A DNA stretch of 64,000 bases. Source: Escherichia phage vB_EcoM_PHB13. The stretch lies in sequence record MK573636; one strand, given 5' to 3'. Each line of letters starts with the position of its first letter. Position 1 is the first letter of the stretch. Below the pieces are notes generated by a model. That model ran no database searches. It was not told where the DNA came from and worked only from the letters and a program-made list of their open reading frames with translations. Of this stretch, positions 1 through 8,866 are shown one piece after another. The translations under genes were made by a program, and so were the position numbers.

Positions 1-171
1 AGCGCATCATGGCTTCCTGTGCAAGAAAATAGCGATATCTCAAGACCTGCAACTGTATTCGACCGTGGCGTTGTCTTTATCGATATTGACGAGACAGTAG
101 CAAAACTGCGTAAGAAAGCAATCAACAAGAAAAAGGTGATGTGGGATGAAAGAATATTTGAAACTGTTGCG
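1..171 (+). CDS. 3' end of upstream gene (partial; possibly dihydrofolate reductase by T4 synteny)
   Basis: Open frame enters window and stops at 169-171, overlapping td start by 26 nt. Identity not verifiable from 56 residues. Confidence 0.3.
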
Positions 172-1366
172 TGATGTTCTTGATAATGGCTGGCCTCGTG
201 AAGACCGCACGGGGGTAGGTACGCTCTCTAAATTCGGCGCAGAGATGCGAATTGATTTAAGCAAGGGTTTCCCATTACTGACCACTAAAAAGATGGCTAC
301 AGCCTCTGTAATTGGCGAATTGCTATGGTTTATGGAAGGGTCACTTGACCGCCGTCGCTTACAGGAAATTACACGCGGTAAGTTTGACGAAGAAGCCTTT
401 GACATTTGGCGCGGTAATTGTCTTGATATGAAAGAAAAGAATCCTTTGCGATTCAATGGTTATAATGTTGGCAATATGTATGGTATGGCATGGCGACGCA
501 AACCGATTCATCCACACGGTGAGATCAAAATTAAGCGCGTTAAGAGCAAATATACACATACATTTAAACACCCGTGGGTAGAAGACTTTACGCCAACCAA
601 TGAAACAGAAGACCGTTTATGTGCTATCTGGCGTGGTATGATTTATGAAGAGTTTGATTGTATTCTGGTAGCAGACCACTGGAAGACTCAATCTAATTTT
701 GTTAATGATGCATATTGCTTGTGGGGATTCCAGGAATGGGTAGATAGTGGTTATTTCGATTATCTGCTTGATAGTGATTATCTGGGTGGCGACATTTTAG
801 CACCGGATACCACGATGTTTGTTAGTATGGACGTAGACACATCAAGCACTAAAGACGATGAAGAATATGTCTATCGCCCGAAGATTTGGGAAGACCAGTT
901 ACAAAACGTGATTGAACAAATTAAAAACAATCCAACGGATCGCCGGATCATTATTGACTCATGGAACGTACAAGGAACACATAATGCTGTATTAGGTGTA
1001 TGTCATCCTTTCGTGCAATTCTATGTCAATGAAGGTAAACTGTCTTGTATGTGGTTTCAGCGAAGCGTAGACAGCTTTTTGGGCTTGCCCTTTAACGTCG
1101 CCAGCTATGCGCTGTTAACTCACATCATAGCGAAAATGTGTGATCTTGAGGTAGGAGAACTGATTTTCTCTGGTGGAGATACTCACATTTACAAAAACCA
1201 CTTTAATCAAGTTATGGAACAGTTAAGCCGTGTTCCGTTTGATAAACCAACAATTGAGTTGCCGGAATTTAAATCTTTAGATGAGATATTGACAAAGACT
1301 CCGAAAGACTTTAAAATTCACAACTATCAAAGCCATCCAGCGATCCCCGCTCAAATGGCAGTATAA
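146..1366 (+). CDS. td: thymidylate synthase (ThyA family) with ~120-aa internal insertion
   Basis: ThyA motifs: N-terminal RTGVGT, catalytic Cys in GVCHPFVQFYV, QRSVDSFLGLPFNVASYALL, GDTHIYKNH. 406 aa versus ~265-286 typical; upstream of nrdA as in T4. Confidence 0.85.
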   Translation: MKEYLKLLRDVLDNGWPREDRTGVGTLSKFGAEMRIDLSKGFPLLTTKKMATASVIGELLWFMEGSLDRRRLQEITRGKFDEEAFDIWRGNCLDMKEKNPLRFNGYNVGNMYGMAWRRKPIHPHGEIKIKRVKSKYTHTFKHPWVEDFTPTNETEDRLCAIWRGMIYEEFDCILVADHWKTQSNFVNDAYCLWGFQEWVDSGYFDYLLDSDYLGGDILAPDTTMFVSMDVDTSSTKDDEEYVYRPKIWEDQLQNVIEQIKNNPTDRRIIIDSWNVQGTHNAVLGVCHPFVQFYVNEGKLSCMWFQRSVDSFLGLPFNVASYALLTHIIAKMCDLEVGELIFSGGDTHIYKNHFNQVMEQLSRVPFDKPTIELPEFKSLDEILTKTPKDFKIHNYQSHPAIPAQMAV

Positions 1367-1372
1367 ACAAAG

Positions 1373-1388
1373 GGGGGCGAAAGCCCCC
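1373..1388 (+). other. GC stem-loop (GGGGGC-GAAA-GCCCCC) after td, no U-tract
   Basis: Perfect 6-bp stem read directly; no T-run follows, so likely RNA structure or processing site rather than strong terminator. Confidence 0.4.
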
Positions 1389-1436
1389 AATATGGAGGAT
1401 AAAACTTGTTCCTGCTAAAATATGAAGTGAGGTAAT

Positions 1437-3680
1437 ATGATTAAAAATGTTGTTAAGTCTTCCGGTCTGACTGTTCCGTTTGAAAAAGAAAAAGTAATGA
1501 AAATTCTGGAAGCGGCAGCCGAAGGTCATAACGTTGATCCATATGAATTGTTTGATATGGTTGAACCACTTCTGACAGAAGGTATGTCTACCAATGATAT
1601 CCAGAAAGTATTGATTAAGGTCGCCGCAGATAACATTACTGTAGAAACGCCTGATTATCAATATGTAGCAAGTAACCTTGCAATGTTCGCTCTTCGTAAA
1701 TCAGTATACGGTCAATTCCAACCGATTGATTTTTATAGCCATATTGAGCGTAATATTGCAACCGGAAAATATGATCGTGAAATTCTGCAAAAGTATTCCC
1801 GTGAAGAAGTGGAATATCTGGAGAAATTCATCGACCATAAACTTGATTTTAAAATGACCTATGCTGGTGCGATGCAGTTAAAAGAGAAATATCTTGTTCA
1901 GGATCGCAGCACTAAGAAAATCATTGAAACACCGCAATTTGCGTATATGCTGATCGGTATGTGCTTGCATCAAGAAGAGACAGAAAATCGACTTGAACAT
2001 GTGATTGATTTTTATAATGCTGTTGCGAATAAGCAAATCTCTCTGCCTACTCCGATTATGGCAGGTGTGCGTACCCCAACACGCCAATTTAGTTCGTGTG
2101 TGGTGATTGAAAGTGATGACTCATTGCAGGGCATCAACGAAACAGCAAATGCAATCATCAAGTATATTAGCAAGCGTGCTGGTATCGGTATCAACGCTGG
2201 CATGATTCGCGCGGAAGGATCTAAGATCGGGCATGGTGAAGTTCGTCATACTGGCGTTATCCCATTCTGGAAACATTTTCAGACTGCCGTTAAGTCATGC
2301 TCACAAGGCGGTATTCGTGGCGGGGCGGCGACTCTCTATTACCCAATGTGGCATTTAGAGTTTGAAAGTCTTATTGTGTTGAAGAACAATAAGGGGGTGG
2401 AAGATAACCGCATTCGTCATCTTGATTACGGCGTACAGATTAATAACCTGATGGTAGAGCGATTCCTTAAACGGGATTACATTACTCTGTTTAGTCCAGA
2501 TGTTGCAGGTGGCTTGTTGTGGGATCTGTACTTCCGAGATGAGGAAGGTTTCCGCCAGCTTTACGAAAAACTGGAAAAAGATCCGAGTGTTCGTAAAACT
2601 CGTGTTAAAGCCGAAGACCTGTTTTTAGCGGTGGCAATTGAACGTTTTAACACTGGTCGAATCTATCCAGCGTTCACAGACAACATGAACAATCACGGGG
2701 CGTTTATTCGTAATGTAGCACCGATTAAACAATCCAACCTGTGTTGTGAAATTGCTCTGCCGACAAAACCGATGGGTCGTGATGATTCAGAGATCAGTCT
2801 ATGCACTTTGGCAGCATATGTTTTAGGAAACTTTGATATCGAAAATATGGAAGAAGTAGAACGCATTGCTATGGTTATGGTGCGTGCACTTGACAACCTG
2901 TTAGATTATCAGGATTATCCTGTAGAACAAGCTCTGACAGCCAAAAAACGTCGCTCTCTGGGTGTTGGCGTGACTAACTTTGCATCGTATCTCGCGGATA
3001 ATTTCTTCACATATGAAGACGCTAACGAGTTTACGCATAAAACGTTTGAACGCTTGCAATATGCTCTGATTAAGGCTAGTGTGCAACTAGCAAAAGAGAA
3101 GGGTACTTGCGAACTGATGCACGAAACACGTTATGGTCGCGGTGAACTGCCTATCGACTGGTACAAAAAGACAGTAGATGAACTGGTTGATCCGGTGTAT
3201 GAGATGGATTGGGAAGAACTGCGCGAAGACCTGAAAAAATATGGCATTCGTAACAGTACGCTTTCGGCTCTGATGCCTTGTGAGTCGTCTTCTCAGGTAT
3301 CTAACAGCACAAACGGTATTGAACCGCCTCGCGGGATTGTATCGGTTAAAGGATCAAAGGAAGGACAATTTAATCAGGTTATTCCGAACGTAGAGAATAA
3401 TGCTGATGTTATTGACCTGCTTTGGACACTGATCAAGAAAGGTAACAAGCCTTATCTGACACTGGCAGCGATTATGCAGAAGTTTGTAGATCAGGCGATT
3501 AGTTCCAATACATCCTATGATCCAAGCACTTATAAGACTGGTAAAGTCGATATTGCTGATGTGTTAGATGATATGTTGTTCGCTCAACATTACGGTCTGA
3601 AAACCCTGTATTATGCGAACGTTCGCGACGGTGCAGATGGTACGGAAGACGCTAGCGAGTGCTCATCTTGCAAGCTGTAA
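1437..3680 (+). CDS. nrdA: ribonucleotide reductase class Ia large subunit
   Basis: 747 aa; active-site NLCCEIALPT motif, C-terminal CSSC redox pair; strong Shine-Dalgarno GAGGT; T4 synteny td-nrdA-nrdB. Confidence 0.93.
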   Translation: MIKNVVKSSGLTVPFEKEKVMKILEAAAEGHNVDPYELFDMVEPLLTEGMSTNDIQKVLIKVAADNITVETPDYQYVASNLAMFALRKSVYGQFQPIDFYSHIERNIATGKYDREILQKYSREEVEYLEKFIDHKLDFKMTYAGAMQLKEKYLVQDRSTKKIIETPQFAYMLIGMCLHQEETENRLEHVIDFYNAVANKQISLPTPIMAGVRTPTRQFSSCVVIESDDSLQGINETANAIIKYISKRAGIGINAGMIRAEGSKIGHGEVRHTGVIPFWKHFQTAVKSCSQGGIRGGAATLYYPMWHLEFESLIVLKNNKGVEDNRIRHLDYGVQINNLMVERFLKRDYITLFSPDVAGGLLWDLYFRDEEGFRQLYEKLEKDPSVRKTRVKAEDLFLAVAIERFNTGRIYPAFTDNMNNHGAFIRNVAPIKQSNLCCEIALPTKPMGRDDSEISLCTLAAYVLGNFDIENMEEVERIAMVMVRALDNLLDYQDYPVEQALTAKKRRSLGVGVTNFASYLADNFFTYEDANEFTHKTFERLQYALIKASVQLAKEKGTCELMHETRYGRGELPIDWYKKTVDELVDPVYEMDWEELREDLKKYGIRNSTLSALMPCESSSQVSNSTNGIEPPRGIVSVKGSKEGQFNQVIPNVENNADVIDLLWTLIKKGNKPYLTLAAIMQKFVDQAISSNTSYDPSTYKTGKVDIADVLDDMLFAQHYGLKTLYYANVRDGADGTEDASECSSCKL

Positions 3681-3688
3681 AATAAGTG

Positions 3689-3717
3689 TTGACGCGGGGA
3701 GAAATCCCCGCTATAAT
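3689..3717 (+). promoter_or_regulatory. early sigma70-type promoter TTGACG-N17-TATAAT with spacer palindrome GCGGGGA-GAAA-TCCCCGC (PeSL-like)
   Basis: -35/-10 hexamers and inverted repeat read directly, immediately after nrdA stop. Confidence 0.6.
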
Positions 3718-3748
3718 ACAACCATCAAAAACAAGTGAGGATTTTATT

Positions 3749-3916
3749 ATGACCAAATTAAAATGTGTTGCTGTAGATTTTGAGCTAGCTGATAGCTTTG
3801 TTGTCGGTGATGTATATGATGCTCGACATGATGGGACTTGCTACTACGTTGAGGATGAATACGGCGTAGAATGGGCTATTCTTCCTGATGATAAATGTTT
3901 TGAGGTTGTCGGATAA
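3749..3916 (+). CDS. small hypothetical protein (55 aa)
   Basis: ATG after GTGAGGA SD downstream of promoter at 3689; ORF-track start 3686 lies inside the promoter and is rejected. Confidence 0.5.
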   Translation: MTKLKCVAVDFELADSFVVGDVYDARHDGTCYYVEDEYGVEWAILPDDKCFEVVG

Positions 3917-4089
3917 TGGCTACTGTATGGTTATTGATTGCAATCAGCAATTCAATGTATAATTACGGAAATATGTCAAGCATTGAGTTTGCAACAAAGC
4001 AGGATTGCGTTAAAGCTCGCGAGGTTATCCGCGAAGACAATAAACGCTTTATGAATCTGTACTGTGTTGAAAAGCAGAAGGTGAACTAA
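3916..4089 (+). CDS. small hypothetical protein (57 aa), tandem paralog 1 (MATVWLL...)
   Basis: ORF below 60-aa track cutoff; N-terminus MATVWLLIA; SD GGATAA; paralogous to next ORF. Confidence 0.45.
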   Translation: MATVWLLIAISNSMYNYGNMSSIEFATKQDCVKAREVIREDNKRFMNLYCVEKQKVN

Positions 4090-4256
4090 TGGCTACAATA
4101 TGGTTATTGCTTTCCGTTAGCGTAGGCGTATATAATAAAGGAACTGTTACCAGCGTAGAGTTTTCATCACATCAAAATTGTTTTGAAGCTGTGCAGGAAT
4201 TGCAGCAGGATAGCGAAATAAACAGAAATACTAAGTTCTTTTGTGTTAAAAAGTGA
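4089..4256 (+). CDS. small hypothetical protein (55 aa), tandem paralog 2 (MATIWLL...)
   Basis: Start overlaps previous stop (TAATG); shares MATxWLL, SVEF and FCV/YCV motifs with preceding ORF. Confidence 0.45.
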   Translation: MATIWLLLSVSVGVYNKGTVTSVEFSSHQNCFEAVQELQQDSEINRNTKFFCVKK

Positions 4257-4271
4257 TAGTGAGGTGAATTA

Positions 4272-5435
4272 ATGAGCGTATTTAATCGTGAACATGTTGA
4301 TATTATGAATGAACCGATGTTTCTGGGTAGTGGGTTGGGTATCGCTCGCTATGATATTCAGCGTCATCAAGTATTTGAAGAATTAATTGAAAAATCTCTG
4401 TCATTTTTCTGGCGTCCAGAAGAAATTTCACTCGCAACCGACCGTATTCAATATCTTAATATGTGTGACGTTGAAAAGCGTTTCTTTACCGAAAACTTGA
4501 AGTATCAGACATTACTTGATTCTATTCAAGGTCGCGCACCGTCCGCAGCATTTGGTCCAATTGTATCTGATCCGACTCTCGATACATGGTTGCAAACATG
4601 GACATTCAGCGAAACGATTCATAGCCGAAGCTATACACACATTATGCGTAACTGTTTCATTGATCCGGCTAGTGAGTTCGACCAGATCATCGATAACCCT
4701 GCTATCATGAAGCGAGCGGAATCTATCGGGCAATATTATGATGATGTTCTGGTGAAAATCCGTGAATACGAGGACGCTAAAGAAAGTTTTAGTCGTTCTT
4801 CTGAAAATGAATTTGACCTTGATGCATATTCTGATAGCATTTCGTACGTGGAAGAAACTAAACGCAATCTGATGGACTCACTCTATCTGTGTATGCATTG
4901 CGTTAATGCACTGGAAGCAATCCGTTTTTATGTGTCCTTTGCATGTACTTTCAGCTTTGCCGAACGTGGTTTACTGGAAGGTAACGCGAAGATCATGAAA
5001 TTTATTGCGCGTGATGAACAACTTCACTTAAAAGGAACACAATACATTATTCGTCAATGGCAAACGGGGGCTGATGGTGATGAGTGGAAACAGATTGCGG
5101 AAGAACTTGAAGACGAAGCAACGAAAATCTTTCTGGATGTTGTCGAGCAAGAAAAAGAATGGGTAGATCACTTATTCGCAATGGGGGCAATTCCTGGCTT
5201 GTCACCGGAAATTCTGAAAACCTATGTAGAATACCTGGCAGATTCCCGTATGCGTGCTGCCGGACTGAAAAGCCCGTTTAGTGTTCGTCGTCATCCGTTA
5301 CCGTGGATGCGTAAATGGTTGAACTCTGACGAAGTACAGAATGCAGCGCAGGAAGTAGAGATTATGTATCTGGTATCTCAGGTTAATACCGATTTAACAG
5401 ACGACGACTACAACCGATTCGGGAAATATCTATGA
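4272..5435 (+). CDS. nrdB: ribonucleotide reductase class Ia small subunit
   Basis: 387 aa; di-iron ligand motifs (ETIHSRSYTHI, EAIRFYVSF...ERGLLEGN); uninterrupted (no intron). Confidence 0.92.
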   Translation: MSVFNREHVDIMNEPMFLGSGLGIARYDIQRHQVFEELIEKSLSFFWRPEEISLATDRIQYLNMCDVEKRFFTENLKYQTLLDSIQGRAPSAAFGPIVSDPTLDTWLQTWTFSETIHSRSYTHIMRNCFIDPASEFDQIIDNPAIMKRAESIGQYYDDVLVKIREYEDAKESFSRSSENEFDLDAYSDSISYVEETKRNLMDSLYLCMHCVNALEAIRFYVSFACTFSFAERGLLEGNAKIMKFIARDEQLHLKGTQYIIRQWQTGADGDEWKQIAEELEDEATKIFLDVVEQEKEWVDHLFAMGAIPGLSPEILKTYVEYLADSRMRAAGLKSPFSVRRHPLPWMRKWLNSDEVQNAAQEVEIMYLVSQVNTDLTDDDYNRFGKYL

Positions 5436-5908
5436 TATATTTTGTCGATTTAGATTTTACGATCACAGATCCAACGCATCGACTAGCAAAGATGCCAACC
5501 GAAAATCTTGATAAAGTCGAGTCGTGGATCGAATATAACAAGGCATGTGGGGGAGATTCCCCCATTTACGATGTAGTTCGTGTTATTAATGCTCTTTCCG
5601 ACAACGGGCATTTGATTTACATCCTCACCGGACGAAGTTCACATGCTTACATGGAAACAATTGATTGGTTAATTTCTAACGGGGTGTGTTTTGATAAAAT
5701 CTTTATGAGAGGCCGTACCGATTCCCGTAAAGACTATCACATCAAATTAGAGGTAATTAAATCCTTTGATAAAGATGAAGTTGTCGGAGTCTTTGAGGAT
5801 AACCCAGAAGTGATTAAAGTTTTGCGTGAAAATGGTTATCGTGTCTTTGACGTAGGAAATCACAAAGATAAGACGCGAGCGGATATTGCAAATCACGGTC
5901 ATGATTAA
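5432..5908 (+). CDS. HAD-superfamily phosphatase-like protein
   Basis: N-terminal DLDFTITD matches HAD DxDxT motif I; start overlaps nrdB stop (ATGA coupling). Confidence 0.55.
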   Translation: MIYFVDLDFTITDPTHRLAKMPTENLDKVESWIEYNKACGGDSPIYDVVRVINALSDNGHLIYILTGRSSHAYMETIDWLISNGVCFDKIFMRGRTDSRKDYHIKLEVIKSFDKDEVVGVFEDNPEVIKVLRENGYRVFDVGNHKDKTRADIANHGHD

Positions 5909-5920
5909 TGTTTGTTCAAA

Positions 5921-5945
5921 GTCGCCCATAGTGGCGACTTTTTTT
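5921..5945 (+). terminator. rho-independent terminator (GTCGCC-loop-GGCGAC + T7)
   Basis: 6-bp GC stem followed by TTTTTTT directly after 5432-5908 gene. Confidence 0.8.
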
Positions 5946-5956
5946 GTTATTGGGTG

Positions 5957-5985
5957 TTGACAATCTGATCTTGCCATAGCATAAT
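5957..5985 (+). promoter_or_regulatory. early promoter TTGACA-N17-CATAAT
   Basis: Hexamers read directly; 25 nt upstream of ORF 6010. Confidence 0.6.
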
Positions 5986-6009
5986 ACGCACATCGAAACG
6001 GAGGAACAT

Positions 6010-6228
6010 ATGGAAACAGAAGAACAAGTCATTGCATATTTTCATCGTAAAAAGATGAAACTTAGAATCGAAAAGCAGTACATCAATCACTACATTGACC
6101 GAGTTCACTTAACAAGTACACCTTACCTATTCCGGTTGATAAACCCTAGAAAACGGTGGGAGAAGTTGGATAGAAACACAAAAATAATTGATAAGCTCAC
6201 CCAATGGTGGAATGAATACAACAAGTAA
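6010..6228 (+). CDS. hypothetical early protein (72 aa)
   Basis: ORF with SD GGAGGAA, preceded by promoter. Confidence 0.5.
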   Translation: METEEQVIAYFHRKKMKLRIEKQYINHYIDRVHLTSTPYLFRLINPRKRWEKLDRNTKIIDKLTQWWNEYNK

Positions 6229-6242
6229 AAAGTAAAAAGTAG

Positions 6243-6270
6243 TTGACACTGAATAACGGGGTAGTAAGAT
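6243..6270 (+). promoter_or_regulatory. PeSL-like early promoter TTGACA-N16-TAAGAT with GGGGTAGTA/TACTCCC stem
   Basis: Direct reading; same cassette family as 6747 and 17337. Confidence 0.6.
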
Positions 6271-6301
6271 ACTCCCATCAAGAAAACAAAGGAGAATCAA
6301 A

Positions 6302-6520
6302 ATGAAATTTACTTGCACCGACTCTATCAACAAACACTTTGTAGTGGGCGAAGTATACGAATCTACTACCATTCGCCAGCGTGACCTGATGGGTCGCCTT
6401 TACAATCAGCCAGTATTCATTATTGGTGAAGAATTGTTCTACATTGAAAACCGTCCGTGGGTTGCTTTCAATAAACGAGGACGCAAGGTAGCAAAATTCG
6501 AACTTGTCATTAAAAAGTAG
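6302..6520 (+). CDS. hypothetical early protein (72 aa)
   Basis: ORF with SD AAGGAGAATC shared by all PeSL cassettes. Confidence 0.55.
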   Translation: MKFTCTDSINKHFVVGEVYESTTIRQRDLMGRLYNQPVFIIGEELFYIENRPWVAFNKRGRKVAKFELVIKK

Positions 6521-6549
6521 TTGACAGCATGAAACGGGGGTAGTAATAT
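6521..6549 (+). promoter_or_regulatory. PeSL-like early promoter TTGACA-N17-TAATAT with GGGGGTA/TACCCCC stem
   Basis: Direct reading. Confidence 0.6.
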
Positions 6550-6588
6550 ACCCCCCATCGAAACGAAATACACTTTAAGGAGAATCAA

Positions 6589-6738
6589 ATGAACAACTTT
6601 GACGCGGTACTGAAAATGGCAATCGAAACTTACGCGGAGATCTCCGGCGAGAAAGTAGAGGACATTATCAAAGAATGTCAGAACTTTGAAAGCCAGACAG
6701 CCAAGAATGTTCAAATGTTGATGTTTGCGGTTGCATAA
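6589..6738 (+). CDS. small hypothetical protein (49 aa)
   Basis: ORF below track cutoff, correct spacing after PeSL SD AAGGAGAATCAA. Confidence 0.4.
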   Translation: MNNFDAVLKMAIETYAEISGEKVEDIIKECQNFESQTAKNVQMLMFAVA

Positions 6739-6746
6739 AAAAGCAG

Positions 6747-6775
6747 TTGACAGCATATCACGGGAGTAGTAAGAT
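6747..6775 (+). promoter_or_regulatory. PeSL-like early promoter TTGACA-N17-TAAGAT with GGGAGTA/TACTCCC stem
   Basis: Direct reading. Confidence 0.6.
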
Positions 6776-6808
6776 ACTCCCATACCAAAACAACTAAGGA
6801 GTATCAAG

Positions 6809-7207
6809 ATGATTAAATTTCAAACTCGCAAAGACGTTCTGGACTTCGTTAAAGTTTTCGGTTACGCTGCATTGCAACATGCAATGGACAAAATGACCAT
6901 CTCCCCAGATCAGACTATGCTGATCCGTATGGTTAAAGCAACCGCCTACAAAAACGACATTACCCTCTCAGAAATCAACGACGGTAATACTGTCCGCGAG
7001 GTAATTGTTTCTTTCGAATCACCGAAAATTGGCGGTTTTCATACCACGATGTTAGGTGAAATCACTGTCACTGTATACGGGCAAGGTGGCGGAGTGTTTA
7101 CCGTCAAAGAAGCAATGGAAAATGGAACGCTGAACAAAGAAAAACTGGAATTTGTCCTGAAAATCATCAAGGAGCGTAACGAAGCTCGCGATATTCTGGA
7201 AAGTTAA
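6809..7207 (+). CDS. hypothetical early protein (132 aa)
   Basis: ORF with SD AAGGAGTATC; followed by terminator. Confidence 0.6.
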   Translation: MIKFQTRKDVLDFVKVFGYAALQHAMDKMTISPDQTMLIRMVKATAYKNDITLSEINDGNTVREVIVSFESPKIGGFHTTMLGEITVTVYGQGGGVFTVKEAMENGTLNKEKLEFVLKIIKERNEARDILES

Positions 7208-7214
7208 TAAGGTG

Positions 7215-7240
7215 GGCGGGAGAAATCCCGCCTTTGTTGT
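7215..7240 (+). terminator. rho-independent terminator (GGCGGGA-GAAA-TCCCGCC + T-rich)
   Basis: 7-bp stem and TTTGTTGT tail. Confidence 0.7.
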
Positions 7241-7257
7241 GACGTGAGGAAAGGATA

Positions 7258-7719
7258 ATGATTAATGAGCTAATAGAAAACTATGGATTCGTTAAATATT
7301 CATGTTTAGAGTGTAAAGATGGTGATGTGATTCTACCGCCTCAGAAGAACCGTTTAAATGTTCTTTATGCTATTGTGGTTGATGATGAACTGGTATACAT
7401 TGGTCAGACTGTCAATCTCAGAAAGCGGATCAATTATTACCGGACTAGCATTAACAGACAAACACCAACAGCGGATACTCGCAAGAGTAAGAATATTCAT
7501 AAGGCGCTAGAGGAAGGGAAGACAGTAACATTCTATTACCGCCAGTGCTTTGAGTTATATATTGAGAATCCAACGGGTAAAGATATTATAAGCACTGCCG
7601 ATATCGAAGAACCTGTTTTGATCACCAAATTTAAACCAGAATGGAACACAAATTATGTCAACAAAAGAAAACAACAAAAAAGTTTTAGCATTGTTCAAAA
7701 ATCTGATGGCACTATGTGA
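7258..7719 (+). CDS. denA: endonuclease II (GIY-YIG family DNA endonuclease)
   Basis: Colinear with remembered T4 DenA (YAIxxDDELVYIGxTxNLRKRINYYRT). 3' end overlaps rnlA start by ~65 nt in another frame. Confidence 0.8.
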   Translation: MINELIENYGFVKYSCLECKDGDVILPPQKNRLNVLYAIVVDDELVYIGQTVNLRKRINYYRTSINRQTPTADTRKSKNIHKALEEGKTVTFYYRQCFELYIENPTGKDIISTADIEEPVLITKFKPEWNTNYVNKRKQQKSFSIVQKSDGTM

Positions 7720-8824
7720 CGGATCTGATACGTTCTATTACAAAGATGAAATTACGGCGATGCAAACCCGTATGCGCATTTTTAGCTATCTGTACTTGAG
7801 CAAACCGGAAATGTGGAATAAACCAGATGCGTTAGAGTGTCGCGGGATCATGTTTGAAATTGACGATAAAGGTCGTCCGGTCCGCATCGCATCTCGTCCT
7901 ATGGAGAAGTTTTTTAATTTGGGTGAGAATGATCGCGCTCGCTTTAAGCCGGAAGATGTGGAAATGGTCATGGACAAAATGGACGGTAGTCTAGTAAGCA
8001 CATACATTGATAACGGCTATGTTCAGTTGAAGTCTAAAGCGGCCTTGTACTCAAGCCAGGCAGAGAGAGCAAACGGTCTTCTGTATTCAGAGAAGTATGC
8101 GGATCTACGAGCTAAGATCGCTGATATTGGGTCTGATTATACTTTCAACTTTGAATATACAGCACCCAGCAACCGAATTGTTGTAGAATATTCTGAACCG
8201 TCGCTAACACTTCTGAATGTACGCCATAACGTCACAGGAGAATACGTACCGCATCAAATGCTATTTGCTGACGCAATCCTACGTTCTCATCTGGTAAATG
8301 CGTTACAGGTTGATTCAGCGCGTTTTAGTAATATTCTTGATGAAGTTCGGACCGCAGAAGGTATCGAAGGAATTGTTGCACGCACTAAAGACGGTCAAAT
8401 GTTCAAGGTGAAGAGTGAATGGTATATTGGTGTGCATAACATTAAAAACACATCGATGTTTCCTAATAACCTGATCTACTATGTCGTAGAAAGCGAAACC
8501 GATGATTTGCGTGCTGCATATGAAGGCGAACCGGAAGCACTGGAACGAATCGAGCTATTCGAGGAAGCATTCAGGTCTATTCTTCGCAATGCCTTCACGA
8601 CAGCAACAGAATTTTATAACGCACACGCGGGAGAAGACAGAAAGACATATGCATCCAATGCGACTATCGAATCACGTAAACATGGTGACGCACAAGCATA
8701 TATTTTCATGTGTCTGATGATTGCATTTGATGGTCTTGATTATGACCGTATTCTGGCTTCAATGAAAACCTACTATCTACGGAATTATAAGAAACTGATT
8801 CCGGCTGATAAGATTGATTGGTAA
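7655..8824 (+). CDS. rnlA: RNA ligase 1 (T4 Rnl1 / gp63 homolog)
   Basis: Strong match to T4 RnlA incl. ALECRGIMFE, VRIASRPMEKFFNL and adenylylation motif KMDGSL. Start may be a downstream Met. Confidence 0.88.
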   Translation: MSTKENNKKVLALFKNLMALCDGSDTFYYKDEITAMQTRMRIFSYLYLSKPEMWNKPDALECRGIMFEIDDKGRPVRIASRPMEKFFNLGENDRARFKPEDVEMVMDKMDGSLVSTYIDNGYVQLKSKAALYSSQAERANGLLYSEKYADLRAKIADIGSDYTFNFEYTAPSNRIVVEYSEPSLTLLNVRHNVTGEYVPHQMLFADAILRSHLVNALQVDSARFSNILDEVRTAEGIEGIVARTKDGQMFKVKSEWYIGVHNIKNTSMFPNNLIYYVVESETDDLRAAYEGEPEALERIELFEEAFRSILRNAFTTATEFYNAHAGEDRKTYASNATIESRKHGDAQAYIFMCLMIAFDGLDYDRILASMKTYYLRNYKKLIPADKIDW

Positions 8825-8830
8825 TAATAA

Positions 8831-8854
8831 GCGGGGCTTGCCCCGCCTTTTGTC
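8831..8854 (+). terminator. rho-independent terminator (GCGGGG-CTTG-CCCCGC + TTTTG)
   Basis: Read directly after rnlA stop. Confidence 0.7.
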
Positions 8855-8866
8855 GTTGGGGGTAAT

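Noticed and set aside
3686-3748. N-terminal extensions of track ORFs 3686, 16730, 17079, 19144 and 22736
   Set aside because: The extensions read through promoter or terminator elements of the preceding cassette; an internal ATG with proper SD spacing gives a start consistent with paralogs.
146-5435. Group I introns / intron-encoded endonucleases in td, nrdA or nrdB as in T4
   Set aside because: All three reading frames are continuous with conserved motifs in order; no intron-like interruption is seen. The extra length of td is in-frame protein sequence.
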